Shown here in pieces: positions 26,549 to 35,840 of a DNA stretch of 41,862 nt. The notes below the pieces were generated by a model that was not told the DNA's origin, made no database searches, and worked only from the letters and a program-made list of their open reading frames with translations. Source of the stretch: an uncultured Erysipelotrichaceae bacterium (GTDB lineage Bacteria > Bacillota_I > Bacilli_A > RF39 > UBA660); contig CACZPQ010000031.1 of NCBI GenBank assembly GCA_902783185.1, forward strand, positions 1 through 41,862, given 5' to 3'. A program made the translations under genes and the position numbers. Position 1 is the stretch's first letter. Each line of letters starts with the position of its first letter.

Positions 26549-29500
26549 ATGAATAAATTAAGTGACAAAATAGTTAAACATAAATGGCTCATATTAATAA
26601 TTGGATTAGTACTCTTAATACCAGCAATTATCGGTTATATTAATACAACTATTAATTATGACATATTAGTTTATTTACCAGAAGATATTGAAACTATGAA
26701 AGGACAAGAATTATTAACTAACGATTTTAATATGGGTGCTTTTTCAGTATCAGTATTAGAAAATATGAATCCAAAACAAATACTTGACTATGAAGATAAA
26801 GTTAAACAAATAGATGGTGTAGAAAAAGTAATAACTATTAATGATTTAATTGGAACATCTATTCCAATTGATATATTACCATCTGATTTAAAAAATAAAG
26901 TATATAAAGATAATACAACATTGCTTGCAATTACATTTAAAGAATCAACAAGTAATGAAAAAACTTTAAAAGCAGTTGAAGAAATAAGAAAAATCTCAAA
27001 CAATGCTAAAATTGGTGGAATGTCTGCAATGGTACTTGATACTATGAATCTATCTGATAAAGAAGTATTAATTTACGTAATAATAGCAGTTATATTATGT
27101 ATCATAGTATTAATTATTTGTTTAGATTCTTATGTTGTTCCATTTATATTATTATTAAATATTGGAATTGCTATTCTTTATAATATGGGAACAAATATAT
27201 TTTTGGGAAATATATCTTATATAACAAAGGCAATAAGTGCTGTACTACAGCTTGGTGTTACAACAGACTTTTCAATATTCTTATACCATAGATATGAAAC
27301 ACTTAAAAAAGATAAGAAAAAAGATGAAGCAATGTCACTTGCTATAAAAGATACTTTTATATCTGTAATTGGTAGTTCACTTACAACAATAGCTGGGTTC
27401 TTAGCTCTTTGTTCAATGACTCTTCTTCTTGGAAAAGATATTGGTATAGTAATGGCAAAAGGAGTTCTACTTGGTGTAATATGCGTACTAACTATTTTCC
27501 CTTCATTATTATTAATATTTGATAAGTGGGTTGAAAAAACAACACATAAAAATATATTACCAGAGTTTAATCATATTAAGAACTTTACTTTAAAACATTA
27601 TAAATTAATACTAATTATATTTATACTTCTATTAATACCAGCATATATTGGTAATAAAAATGTTAATACATATTTTAATTTATCAGAATCACTTCCAAAA
27701 GATTTACCATTTAATGTGGCAAATGCTAAAGTAAAAGATAAATTTAAAATTGGTTCCCCTACTGCAATATTAATAGATAAAAATATTAAAAATAATACAG
27801 TAAATGAAATGCTTAATAAAATAGAAGATTTAGATGGTGTTGGTTTTGCAATTGGTTATTCAAAACTTTCTGATCTTGCAATACCAGAATCTATGTTACC
27901 TGAAGATATAATTAAACTATTTAAAAGCGATAAATATCAAATGATATTAGTTAACTCAGAATATGAGATTGCTACTAATGAATTAAATGATCAAATAACC
28001 AAAATAACAGATATTGTTAAAAGTTATGATCAAAACTCAATTGTCGCCGGTGAAGGGCCTTTAATGAAAGATTTAATTAAAATAAGTGATACAGATTTTC
28101 ATAATGTTAATTATACTTCTATAGCAGTAATATTTATAATTATGTTATTTGTTCTTAAATCTATATCACTTCCTATAATATTAGTATTTGCAATTGAATT
28201 TGCAATATTTATGAATATGTCAACATTCTATTACACAGGTATTACATTGCCTTTTATTGCATCAATAGTAATTGGAACAATTCAGCTTGGTGCAACAATA
28301 GACTACGCAATACTAATGACAACTAAATATTTAGAAAAAAGAAAAACTTCTAATAAATATGATTCCATGAAATATTCATTAGATAATTCAGTTAAATCTA
28401 TTTTTACATCAGGGTTATGTTTCTTTGCAGCAACATTTGGTGTAGGTATATATTCAAAAATAGATATGATTGGTGCAATATGTCATTTAATAGCTCGTGG
28501 AGCAATTATAAGTATGATTGTGGTTATACTTGTTCTACCATCACTATTACTAGTATGTGATAAATTAATAATTAAAACAACAAAAGGTTTTAAAAAAGGA
28601 GGAAAAATTATGAATAAAAAATTAAATACAGCATTATTAATAATTGGTTTATTAATTCCATTTAGTGTAAATGCTGCAACTAAAAATGAAACAGTTTATC
28701 AAATAATAGATAGTAATAATAATTCAACAACCACTGTAACTGAGGTGTTGGAAAATATCGAAGGTGATGTAATTGATGAATCTGATTTAGAAAATATATT
28801 AAATATTAACGGAGAAGAACAGTACTTTAAAGATAATAATAAATTAACTTGGAAATCAAATGGAAATAGCATTTATTACCAAGGTAATACAAATAAGAAA
28901 CTACCTATAGATATATCTATAAAATATTACTTAGATGATAAAGAAGTAAATGTTAAAAGTTTAAAAGGAAAAGCTGGACATATAACTATTAAAATAAATT
29001 ATAAAAACAATGATAAGCATGGTGATTTATACACTCCTTTTGTTGTAACTATGGGTACAATTATAAAAAGTGAAAATGTATCTCATTCAAGTATAGATAC
29101 AGGAAAAATTGTATCTAATGGAAAAGAAAACATTGTTGTTGGAATTGCTACTCCTGGATTATCTGATAGTTTAGGGATTAATGCATTAAAAGATTTAAAT
29201 TCTCTAACAATTGAATATGATACTACTTCTTTTGAAGAATCAGATATTTATAATGTATATTCACCAAATTTATTATCAAGTGGTGACTTAAAAGTTTTTG
29301 ATAAATTAGATGGAATCTACAAAAAAGTAGATCAACTATCTAGTACATCAACAAAAATTGTAAAAGGAGCAAAAAAATTAAAAACTGGTGTTAATGAATA
29401 TACTACTAACTTTAAAACTTATAAAAATGGAATTAATGAACTTAATCAAGGAACAAAAAAATTAAATTCGGGTTATAAAGAAATTAATACTGGTATAGTA

Positions 29501-30313
29501 ACAATTAATTCTTCTTTATCTGAACTAGAAAGTGTTACTGAATTATTAAGTCAATTAAAGAATGGTTTAGGTAAAATATATAATAGTATTGGAAGCAAAA
29601 CTACTGAAAATACACTTTTAAATGGATTATATTCATTAAAAATTGCTATTGCAAATTTAAATAGTGAATTACAAACTGTTAATTCTAACGATAAAAATGT
29701 ATTAGATATTATAAAAATGTATTGTACAAGTGGAAATATAAATGCTTCAGATTGTACAAAATTAAATAAATTATTAACAATTAATGATTCAATTACTAAA
29801 TCAAAAATCGGTAATATAGCAGGTACTGAAAATCCAAATATAGCCTATATATTAAAATCAATGGATAATGGTATAGATACAATGATAAATGGATTAAATG
29901 AAATTAAAACTAACCTTGATACAATAAATCAAAAATTAAATATAGAAGATTTAAGTAATAAAATCGGATCACTAACTAATGGATTAAAGGAACTAAAAGA
30001 TGGTAGTGATAAATTTAATAATGGGTTAAATACTTTAAGTTCATCAACAGATAAGATAGATAATGCAACATCTCAACTATATGATGCTACTACTACAATA
30101 AATGAAGGTGTTAAAACATTATCAAATGGTATTGAAAAATTTGATAGTGATGGAATTCAAAAAATAGCTTCTTATATAAATGGGGATTTAAAAACTATTG
30201 AAAATAAATTTAAAAGATTAGAAGATTTAGGAAATCAATATGATACATTTACAATGAAGAATCCTAAAATGAACGGGGAAACAAAATTTATTGTTAAAAT
30301 AGAAGCAAACTAG
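26549..30313 (+). CDS. MMPL (RND-superfamily) transporter, aa 1 to about 685, continuous in frame with a YhgE/Pip-like heptad-repeat ectodomain module (aa 688-1254)
   Basis: Two homologous 6-TM halves (GVTTDFSIFLYHRY and GATIDYAILMTTKY). At 28610 there is an in-frame ATG with SD AAGGAGG (28596-28602) and a signal-like MNKKLNTALLIIGLLIPFSVNA. The C-terminal part is rich in xxxLxxG repeats (LNQGTKKLNSG, LTNGLKELKDG, FNNGLNTLSS). Confidence 0.85.
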   Translation: MNKLSDKIVKHKWLILIIGLVLLIPAIIGYINTTINYDILVYLPEDIETMKGQELLTNDFNMGAFSVSVLENMNPKQILDYEDKVKQIDGVEKVITINDLIGTSIPIDILPSDLKNKVYKDNTTLLAITFKESTSNEKTLKAVEEIRKISNNAKIGGMSAMVLDTMNLSDKEVLIYVIIAVILCIIVLIICLDSYVVPFILLLNIGIAILYNMGTNIFLGNISYITKAISAVLQLGVTTDFSIFLYHRYETLKKDKKKDEAMSLAIKDTFISVIGSSLTTIAGFLALCSMTLLLGKDIGIVMAKGVLLGVICVLTIFPSLLLIFDKWVEKTTHKNILPEFNHIKNFTLKHYKLILIIFILLLIPAYIGNKNVNTYFNLSESLPKDLPFNVANAKVKDKFKIGSPTAILIDKNIKNNTVNEMLNKIEDLDGVGFAIGYSKLSDLAIPESMLPEDIIKLFKSDKYQMILVNSEYEIATNELNDQITKITDIVKSYDQNSIVAGEGPLMKDLIKISDTDFHNVNYTSIAVIFIIMLFVLKSISLPIILVFAIEFAIFMNMSTFYYTGITLPFIASIVIGTIQLGATIDYAILMTTKYLEKRKTSNKYDSMKYSLDNSVKSIFTSGLCFFAATFGVGIYSKIDMIGAICHLIARGAIISMIVVILVLPSLLLVCDKLIIKTTKGFKKGGKIMNKKLNTALLIIGLLIPFSVNAATKNETVYQIIDSNNNSTTTVTEVLENIEGDVIDESDLENILNINGEEQYFKDNNKLTWKSNGNSIYYQGNTNKKLPIDISIKYYLDDKEVNVKSLKGKAGHITIKINYKNNDKHGDLYTPFVVTMGTIIKSENVSHSSIDTGKIVSNGKENIVVGIATPGLSDSLGINALKDLNSLTIEYDTTSFEESDIYNVYSPNLLSSGDLKVFDKLDGIYKKVDQLSSTSTKIVKGAKKLKTGVNEYTTNFKTYKNGINELNQGTKKLNSGYKEINTGIVTINSSLSELESVTELLSQLKNGLGKIYNSIGSKTTENTLLNGLYSLKIAIANLNSELQTVNSNDKNVLDIIKMYCTSGNINASDCTKLNKLLTINDSITKSKIGNIAGTENPNIAYILKSMDNGIDTMINGLNEIKTNLDTINQKLNIEDLSNKIGSLTNGLKELKDGSDKFNNGLNTLSSSTDKIDNATSQLYDATTTINEGVKTLSNGIEKFDSDGIQKIASYINGDLKTIENKFKRLEDLGNQYDTFTMKNPKMNGETKFIVKIEAN

Positions 30314-30335
30314 AAGTAAATCTTCTAGTTTTTTT
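30310..30335 (+). terminator. Intrinsic terminator of the MMPL gene
   Basis: CTAGAAG (30310-16) / CTTCTAG (30322-28), followed by TTTTTTT. Confidence 0.7.
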
Positions 30336-30357
30336 AATAAAAAATAGATAACTAATG

Positions 30358-32388
30358 TTATCTATTACTTAATACTGATTTAGAAAATATTATAGCTAAA
30401 ACTAACACTATTAATAATAATAAATAACCTTCAAAACCATAATGTTTACTATTACTCTCTTCCTTAATATCTTTTTTAGATTCTTCAATTATTCTTTCTT
30501 TAACCTTATCAGTATTATTATTACTATTTTCATTAGTTTTACTGTTAGTTACTTCTTTATCTTCATCTTCTTCATCTACATCATAATCATTATCATCATA
30601 TGAAGTAGTTGTTTTACTACTTATACCATTTTCTCTAGATGATTTAATATTATCTTCAGTACTATTAATAACTATATTATTATTATTTTCATCTAGAATA
30701 TTATTTATAATAATAACTTTATTATTAGTCTTTGCTTCATTATTAATGATAATATTTTCTTTATTATTTATTTCATCATTCTTTTTATTATCAATTGTTA
30801 TATTATTGTTTTCTTCTTCATTCTTGTTTATTATTTCTTCTTTATTGTCATTTTCTTCTTTATCATTATTATCTATTATTTCTTTTTGATTATCTTTTTC
30901 ATCATCAGTATTTTCTTCATTTTTAGTATCTTCGATAATACCAGATACTTTAACAAATATTGGACTTTCACTAACATTAACACTTACCGCATTATTATTA
31001 ATAGTTAAATTTGATGTTATTCCTAAGTCTTCTTTATTCTTTAATTCTGTTAATGAAGCATTTTTAAAATTACCAATATTTAAAATATAATTATTAATTA
31101 CTTTATTACTTTCAGTAGGTGACCAAAGAACATAACATATATCATTTCCTTTAACATATTTATAAATATACATTTCATTATCTTCCTTGATTACTTCGGA
31201 TAATTTATATCCTTTTAATGTATTTTTTAACGTATTAACACCATACCATGATGATTTTTTTACAGTTCCTTCAGATACTTTTGTTGCAAGTCCAGATGTT
31301 GAATATTGTGTAGTATTACTGGATGGTCCATCATTTAATGCATCATATACTGTCATTCTATCTAAGCCAATTCTATCTCCTATTAAATACTCACGAATAA
31401 TCCAATCTCTTTGTGCATCTTCAGATGGTGCAGCATGTTTAGTTGAACCTAAGTTAGTATCCCAACCAAACTCTGTTATCCATATTTCTTTATCTGAAGC
31501 ATTAGTATTTCTCCAATCAATTATTTTTTTAGCATCCTCAACAAAAGTCGAATTTTCAGGAGAATGTACACCAGCATATTGGTGGTAGTTAATAACATCA
31601 AGTGGTAGTTTCTTATCAGTTCTATTGATATTTGCCCATTCTTGCATTTCAGTTAACCACTTAACCATGGTTGAACCACCGGCCATACCACCCATAACTA
31701 ATTTTGAATTTTTATCAGCTTGTTTAACACCATAAACATCACCAAGTTTACCTTCATGTCCATCATAATCTGCAGATAACATAGCAGCTAGTTCTGTAGA
31801 ATTAAACTGTGCATCAGGTCCTTGCCATGTTTTATCTGGTTCATTCCAATCTTCATAATATGTTATATAACCAAGTCCAGTTTTATATGAGTCATTTGGA
31901 TCAAGATTTAGTTTTTCTATTGGTACCACCGTATGTCCATATCTAGCTGCATAATTATATAAATAATTTGCATGTATTTTATAACTCATAGGGTCAGTAG
32001 TTGAATCACCTTTCATTACTGGTTTTTCATTTCTATTTCTGTTAAATACAGCTTGTTCACCCATTTGAATACATGGTAATATTGTTATTCCATGTTTATG
32101 TAAATCTTCATAATAACCATCAAAATCCCACCAAGAAAATCTTTCAAAATACATTTGTTTATTGGGAGTTATTGACCAACCAAAATTATGATACTCTCTT
32201 ACTACTCCACCAGCATATAAGATATCTCTTGGAACATCAATGTGACCATTCATTCCAATTTTTTGATCAATAGTTAAATCACTTTTTGAAACATTAAAAT
32301 CATTAGTATTACCAAAACTAAAATTATTACTAATTGTTAACAAACCTATAATAAATAAAAATATAAATATTTCCTTTATTCTTTTCAT
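30358..32388 (-). CDS. Secreted clan GH-A-like (beta/alpha)8 glycoside hydrolase with a low-complexity stalk and C-terminal TM anchor
   Basis: Start moved to the ATG at 32388 (MKRIKEIFIFLFIIGLL, signal peptide) after SD AAGGGG. YYEDWNEPD (acid/base NEP) and IWITEFGW (nucleophile) motifs. About 170 aa of N/D/E/K-rich low complexity. Final TM helix LLLLIVLVLAIIF. Confidence 0.78.
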   Translation of the reverse strand: MKRIKEIFIFLFIIGLLTISNNFSFGNTNDFNVSKSDLTIDQKIGMNGHIDVPRDILYAGGVVREYHNFGWSITPNKQMYFERFSWWDFDGYYEDLHKHGITILPCIQMGEQAVFNRNRNEKPVMKGDSTTDPMSYKIHANYLYNYAARYGHTVVPIEKLNLDPNDSYKTGLGYITYYEDWNEPDKTWQGPDAQFNSTELAAMLSADYDGHEGKLGDVYGVKQADKNSKLVMGGMAGGSTMVKWLTEMQEWANINRTDKKLPLDVINYHQYAGVHSPENSTFVEDAKKIIDWRNTNASDKEIWITEFGWDTNLGSTKHAAPSEDAQRDWIIREYLIGDRIGLDRMTVYDALNDGPSSNTTQYSTSGLATKVSEGTVKKSSWYGVNTLKNTLKGYKLSEVIKEDNEMYIYKYVKGNDICYVLWSPTESNKVINNYILNIGNFKNASLTELKNKEDLGITSNLTINNNAVSVNVSESPIFVKVSGIIEDTKNEENTDDEKDNQKEIIDNNDKEENDNKEEIINKNEEENNNITIDNKKNDEINNKENIIINNEAKTNNKVIIINNILDENNNNIVINSTEDNIKSSRENGISSKTTTSYDDNDYDVDEEDEDKEVTNSKTNENSNNNTDKVKERIIEESKKDIKEESNSKHYGFEGYLLLLIVLVLAIIFSKSVLSNR

Positions 32389-32471
32389 ACAAAACCCCTT
32401 CTTTTGAGTAAATATAATACATCTTTTTTTAAAAAAAGTCAAATTATTAACTATACACAATAAAAAAAGAT

Positions 32472-33845
32472 TTATTTATTAAATCTTTTTCTACTATTAA
32501 TAAAATTATATATAGTTAAACAAATACACCCAAATATGGATACAATATATAATAAAATATAAAAAGTAATGTTGTTTCCTGTTTGAGGATTTTCAATGTT
32601 TTTTATTTCTTCATTTATATCTTCGTTTGTATTCTCTTCAATAATTCCTATATCATCAGTTTTAGGTGCTATATTATTTATTTCTTTTTCTATAAATACA
32701 GCATCATCGTATAAAACTCTATTACCATTACTATATTTAATTGTTTTTTTGTCTAATAATTCATAATTATTATCATCTATAACTAGTTCATATTCCTCAT
32801 TATATTTTAATCCATAAAAATGGATAATATATTCAGATGATACATTATTATAAATATATATACCATTAATAATATCATTATTAGATTTTAAATATACATT
32901 TTTCACGTTTAATGAATTATTATTAATATCTTTTGGATATAACTCATATTCATACATATTAGAATAATCATATAGATTATTCATTAATTCTAGTATTGGT
33001 TTAAAATAATGATATGAAAATGATAATTTAGAATAATTATAATTATTCTCTATCTCTTTAAATTTATTATTAGCAACATCTATACCATCATTATAAAAAG
33101 TTATTGCATCAGTTACTTCATGTGGTCCAGGCACTTGAAACTCTGCTATGTTTTCTATTGGTTTATTATAAGCTTTAGCAATTGCTACTTCTTCTTGAAT
33201 ATTATTTACCATATTGTTTTTAGTATAATTCATTAGTTGTACATAATCACTTCCATCTTTGATTAAAGCATCTAACAAATCTTGATCTAAATTATTTAAC
33301 CATACAGGTATACAAACAACATATTCTAAATCAAAAGAATTAGCATATTCTTTTGCTTCTTTCATTGCATTAACAAAACTATTAAATAAACTTTTTCTTT
33401 CACTTGTAGATAATGAAGAATATATTGGTAGAGAATGAAATTCAGAATCTATTGTTAATCCTTTTATTTTATTATTTGCAGTTTCATTATAACGCTTTAT
33501 TTCATAAATAAATTCTTTTATTCTAGATAGATTTTCACTTTGATCTTCATAATTTTCATCATATACTAAATAAGTACTAATATTATTTTCTTTAGCAAAT
33601 TCAAATAGTAATTGTTTTTCATAATCAATTCTTGTATCTAAATTATCAGTACCTACATATGCATATATCTTATTTATATTTAATTTATTTATAATATCAT
33701 TATATGCAGAATAATTAATATCATCAACTTCCCACATATAAATAGAAGTTTTATTGTTTAAACTATCAGCATTTACATTTGAATTAAATATAAACTCTAT
33801 TGATATAATAAGTAACAATGATAATATTATTTTAAAATACTTCAT
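32472..33845 (-). CDS. Secreted protein with signal peptide and C-terminal TM anchor; possible TIM-barrel hydrolase-like domain (uncertain)
   Basis: 457 aa. Signal MKYFKIILSLLLIISIEFIFNSNVNA. C-terminal TM helix ITFYILLYIVSIFGCICLTIY followed by a basic tail. Domain assignment is not supportable from motifs alone. Confidence 0.65.
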   Translation of the reverse strand: MKYFKIILSLLLIISIEFIFNSNVNADSLNNKTSIYMWEVDDINYSAYNDIINKLNINKIYAYVGTDNLDTRIDYEKQLLFEFAKENNISTYLVYDENYEDQSENLSRIKEFIYEIKRYNETANNKIKGLTIDSEFHSLPIYSSLSTSERKSLFNSFVNAMKEAKEYANSFDLEYVVCIPVWLNNLDQDLLDALIKDGSDYVQLMNYTKNNMVNNIQEEVAIAKAYNKPIENIAEFQVPGPHEVTDAITFYNDGIDVANNKFKEIENNYNYSKLSFSYHYFKPILELMNNLYDYSNMYEYELYPKDINNNSLNVKNVYLKSNNDIINGIYIYNNVSSEYIIHFYGLKYNEEYELVIDDNNYELLDKKTIKYSNGNRVLYDDAVFIEKEINNIAPKTDDIGIIEENTNEDINEEIKNIENPQTGNNITFYILLYIVSIFGCICLTIYNFINSRKRFNK

Positions 33846-33949
33846 AATATTCCTCTATTCTAATATGATTATAACATTTGATATATATTTATAATTAGAA
33901 AAAAATAACTACTTGATATAATAATTGTAAAGTATTTAATAAAAAATTA

Positions 33950-33979
33950 TTGACAAGTATACTTTGCATATGATATATT
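33950..33979 (+). promoter_or_regulatory. Promoter of the DUF6442-like/XRE pair
   Basis: TTGACA (33950-55), a 17-18 nt spacer, TG-A-TATATT (about 33971-33979). The AAGTATACTT palindrome lies in the spacer. Confidence 0.5.
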
Positions 33980-34013
33980 TAATTTACCAAGTGAACTTGG
34001 CAAGGAGGATATT

Positions 34014-34334
34014 ATGAAAAAAGAAGAAATTTTAGAAGCAAGCAAAAGAGAAAACAAGAACAAAGATGTGTATGCACTAGAGATTGAAACAAAAGGAGCA
34101 ACATATGCTGGTTTAGCAATGATTATTTTAGCTGCAATATACTTTACTTATGAAATATTAACTGGCAAAGGAACTAATCCAGCTTTATATTCAATCATTA
34201 CTATTTATAATGCATTTTTATATGGTTATAAAGCTATAAAAGTAACTAAATATAGAAAAACAAACATATTTACTTCCATAATCTGGGGATTATTAACAAT
34301 TACTTTAATATTAAGTTATTTTAAGGTTATATAG
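34014..34334 (+). CDS. DUF6442-like small membrane protein
   Basis: 106 aa. MKKEEILEASKRENKNKDVYALEIE followed by 3 TM helices. It is followed 3 nt later by a short XRE regulator, an arrangement I recall as typical of this family. Confidence 0.65.
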   Translation: MKKEEILEASKRENKNKDVYALEIETKGATYAGLAMIILAAIYFTYEILTGKGTNPALYSIITIYNAFLYGYKAIKVTKYRKTNIFTSIIWGLLTITLILSYFKVI

Positions 34335-34337
34335 TAT

Positions 34338-34544
34338 ATGAAGAATAAACTAATACTTAAAAATAAGTTAAAGGAAGTAAGAAAAGAAAAAAATATTTCT
34401 CAACAAGATCTTGCAGATATGGTAGGTGTATCTAGAAATACTATTAGTTCATTAGAAACAGGTCAATATGAGCCAACTGCTAAACTTGCTTATACACTAT
34501 GTATAGCCTTAGATAAAAAATTTGAAGAATTATTTTATTTTTAA
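34338..34544 (+). CDS. Short XRE-family HTH transcriptional regulator (68 aa)
   Basis: HTH ISQQDLADMVGVSRNTISSLETGQYEPT. Confidence 0.88.
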   Translation: MKNKLILKNKLKEVRKEKNISQQDLADMVGVSRNTISSLETGQYEPTAKLAYTLCIALDKKFEELFYF

Positions 34545-34568
34545 AAAGACATATAATTTATGTCTTTT
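34544..34568. terminator. Bidirectional intrinsic terminator
   Basis: AAAGACATA (34544-52) / TATGTCTTT (34558-66), followed by a T-run. Confidence 0.7.
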
Positions 34569-34569
34569 T

Positions 34570-35787
34570 CTATTTTTCAAATTTAACAGTTACACTATCT
34601 TTTTCTAAATCATCTAGATTATCTATATGACCTATTTTACTATAAGTAAGTGGTGTATCAAATGATTTATAAAATATTACTATACAACTATTATCAAATA
34701 GCATTATATCACCTTTATTTATATGCTTAGGTTTATATGGATTTGTTGGAAAACTATTAGCTAAATACATATATTTTTCATTGCCATTTAATTCATCTAA
34801 TACTAATTCTAATGGAAGCATTGAAACTAATTTTCTTGCTGTATCATTATCCTCTAGTGTTGCACTATACTCTTTATTATTAATTGTTATTTTTATATTA
34901 GACACAAACTCATCACTCTTTTCTTCATCATATTTAAAATCATATTTATATTTTCCAATATATAAATCATATTCATTTATATTACCATTGGGATCTTCAA
35001 TAATTACCTTCGTATCACCAGTCTTAACAAACTTTGCATGAATACAATATTCTTTAATATTTTCTTCATATCTAATCGATAATTCACCAAATTTACTATC
35101 TAATAATGATACCTTATAATTATTATCAAAGTATATATTATTATTACCACATATAATATCTGTTTCATATACAGGTTTAAATAATATAGTTTTAGTACCA
35201 AAGAATAATATTAATACTATACTTATAAATAAACCTATAATTCTTAATTTTTTATTATCAAATATAAATAATGGATAAATTATTAATGTAGTTAAAACAA
35301 ATATTAAGTTTATTAAATGATGTGGAAAAGAATATATTAAACCTCCCAAGGATGATTCAATACTTGTTGATAATAGTACTAACATTGGTATTATTATTAA
35401 TAAACTATACCATTTATTCTTTTTCATATAATAACCAATATATCCCATTGGTATGGTAAGAATAGTCCATATAAACCAATATTTATAATAAATGAATAAT
35501 TGCCATCCTAAATGGGAAAATGGAACCTCTACTAAATATATTAATGGTTGACTTATTAAGAAGAATACAAAACACATTAATGCAGATTCTTTATTTGATT
35601 TAGAATTCATTATTATTAGTATTCCACATAATATCCAAAAATCAAAATATGTTGCTATATCACTTACTGTTGTATCTCTTAAAAATGGAACACTATTTAA
35701 AAGTCCAACAGATATACCTATTATAATTGCAAATATAACTAATCTTGTCCAAGTTATATTTAAACCACCAAATATCTTTTTCATCAT
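34570..35787 (-). CDS. Polytopic membrane protein fused to a C-terminal cyclophilin-like-fold domain
   Basis: 405 aa. About 6-7 N-terminal TM helices. C-terminus INNKEYSATLEDNDTARKLVSMLPLELVLDELNGNEKYMYL...INKGDIMLFDNSCIVIFYKSF matches my memory of the cyclophilin-like (non-PPIase) family. Confidence 0.7.
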   Translation of the reverse strand: MMKKIFGGLNITWTRLVIFAIIIGISVGLLNSVPFLRDTTVSDIATYFDFWILCGILIIMNSKSNKESALMCFVFFLISQPLIYLVEVPFSHLGWQLFIYYKYWFIWTILTIPMGYIGYYMKKNKWYSLLIIIPMLVLLSTSIESSLGGLIYSFPHHLINLIFVLTTLIIYPLFIFDNKKLRIIGLFISIVLILFFGTKTILFKPVYETDIICGNNNIYFDNNYKVSLLDSKFGELSIRYEENIKEYCIHAKFVKTGDTKVIIEDPNGNINEYDLYIGKYKYDFKYDEEKSDEFVSNIKITINNKEYSATLEDNDTARKLVSMLPLELVLDELNGNEKYMYLANSFPTNPYKPKHINKGDIMLFDNSCIVIFYKSFDTPLTYSKIGHIDNLDDLEKDSVTVKFEK

Positions 35788-35815
35788 ATCACCTTATAAA
35801 TATTATAACATAATA

Positions 35816-35838
35816 AAAGGAACTTTCGTTCCTTTTTA
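35816..35838 (-). terminator. Hairpin terminator after the membrane-tethered XRE gene
   Basis: AAAGGAAC (35816-23) / GTTCCTTT (35828-35). T-rich on the minus strand afterwards. Confidence 0.55.
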
Positions 35839-35840
35839 GA

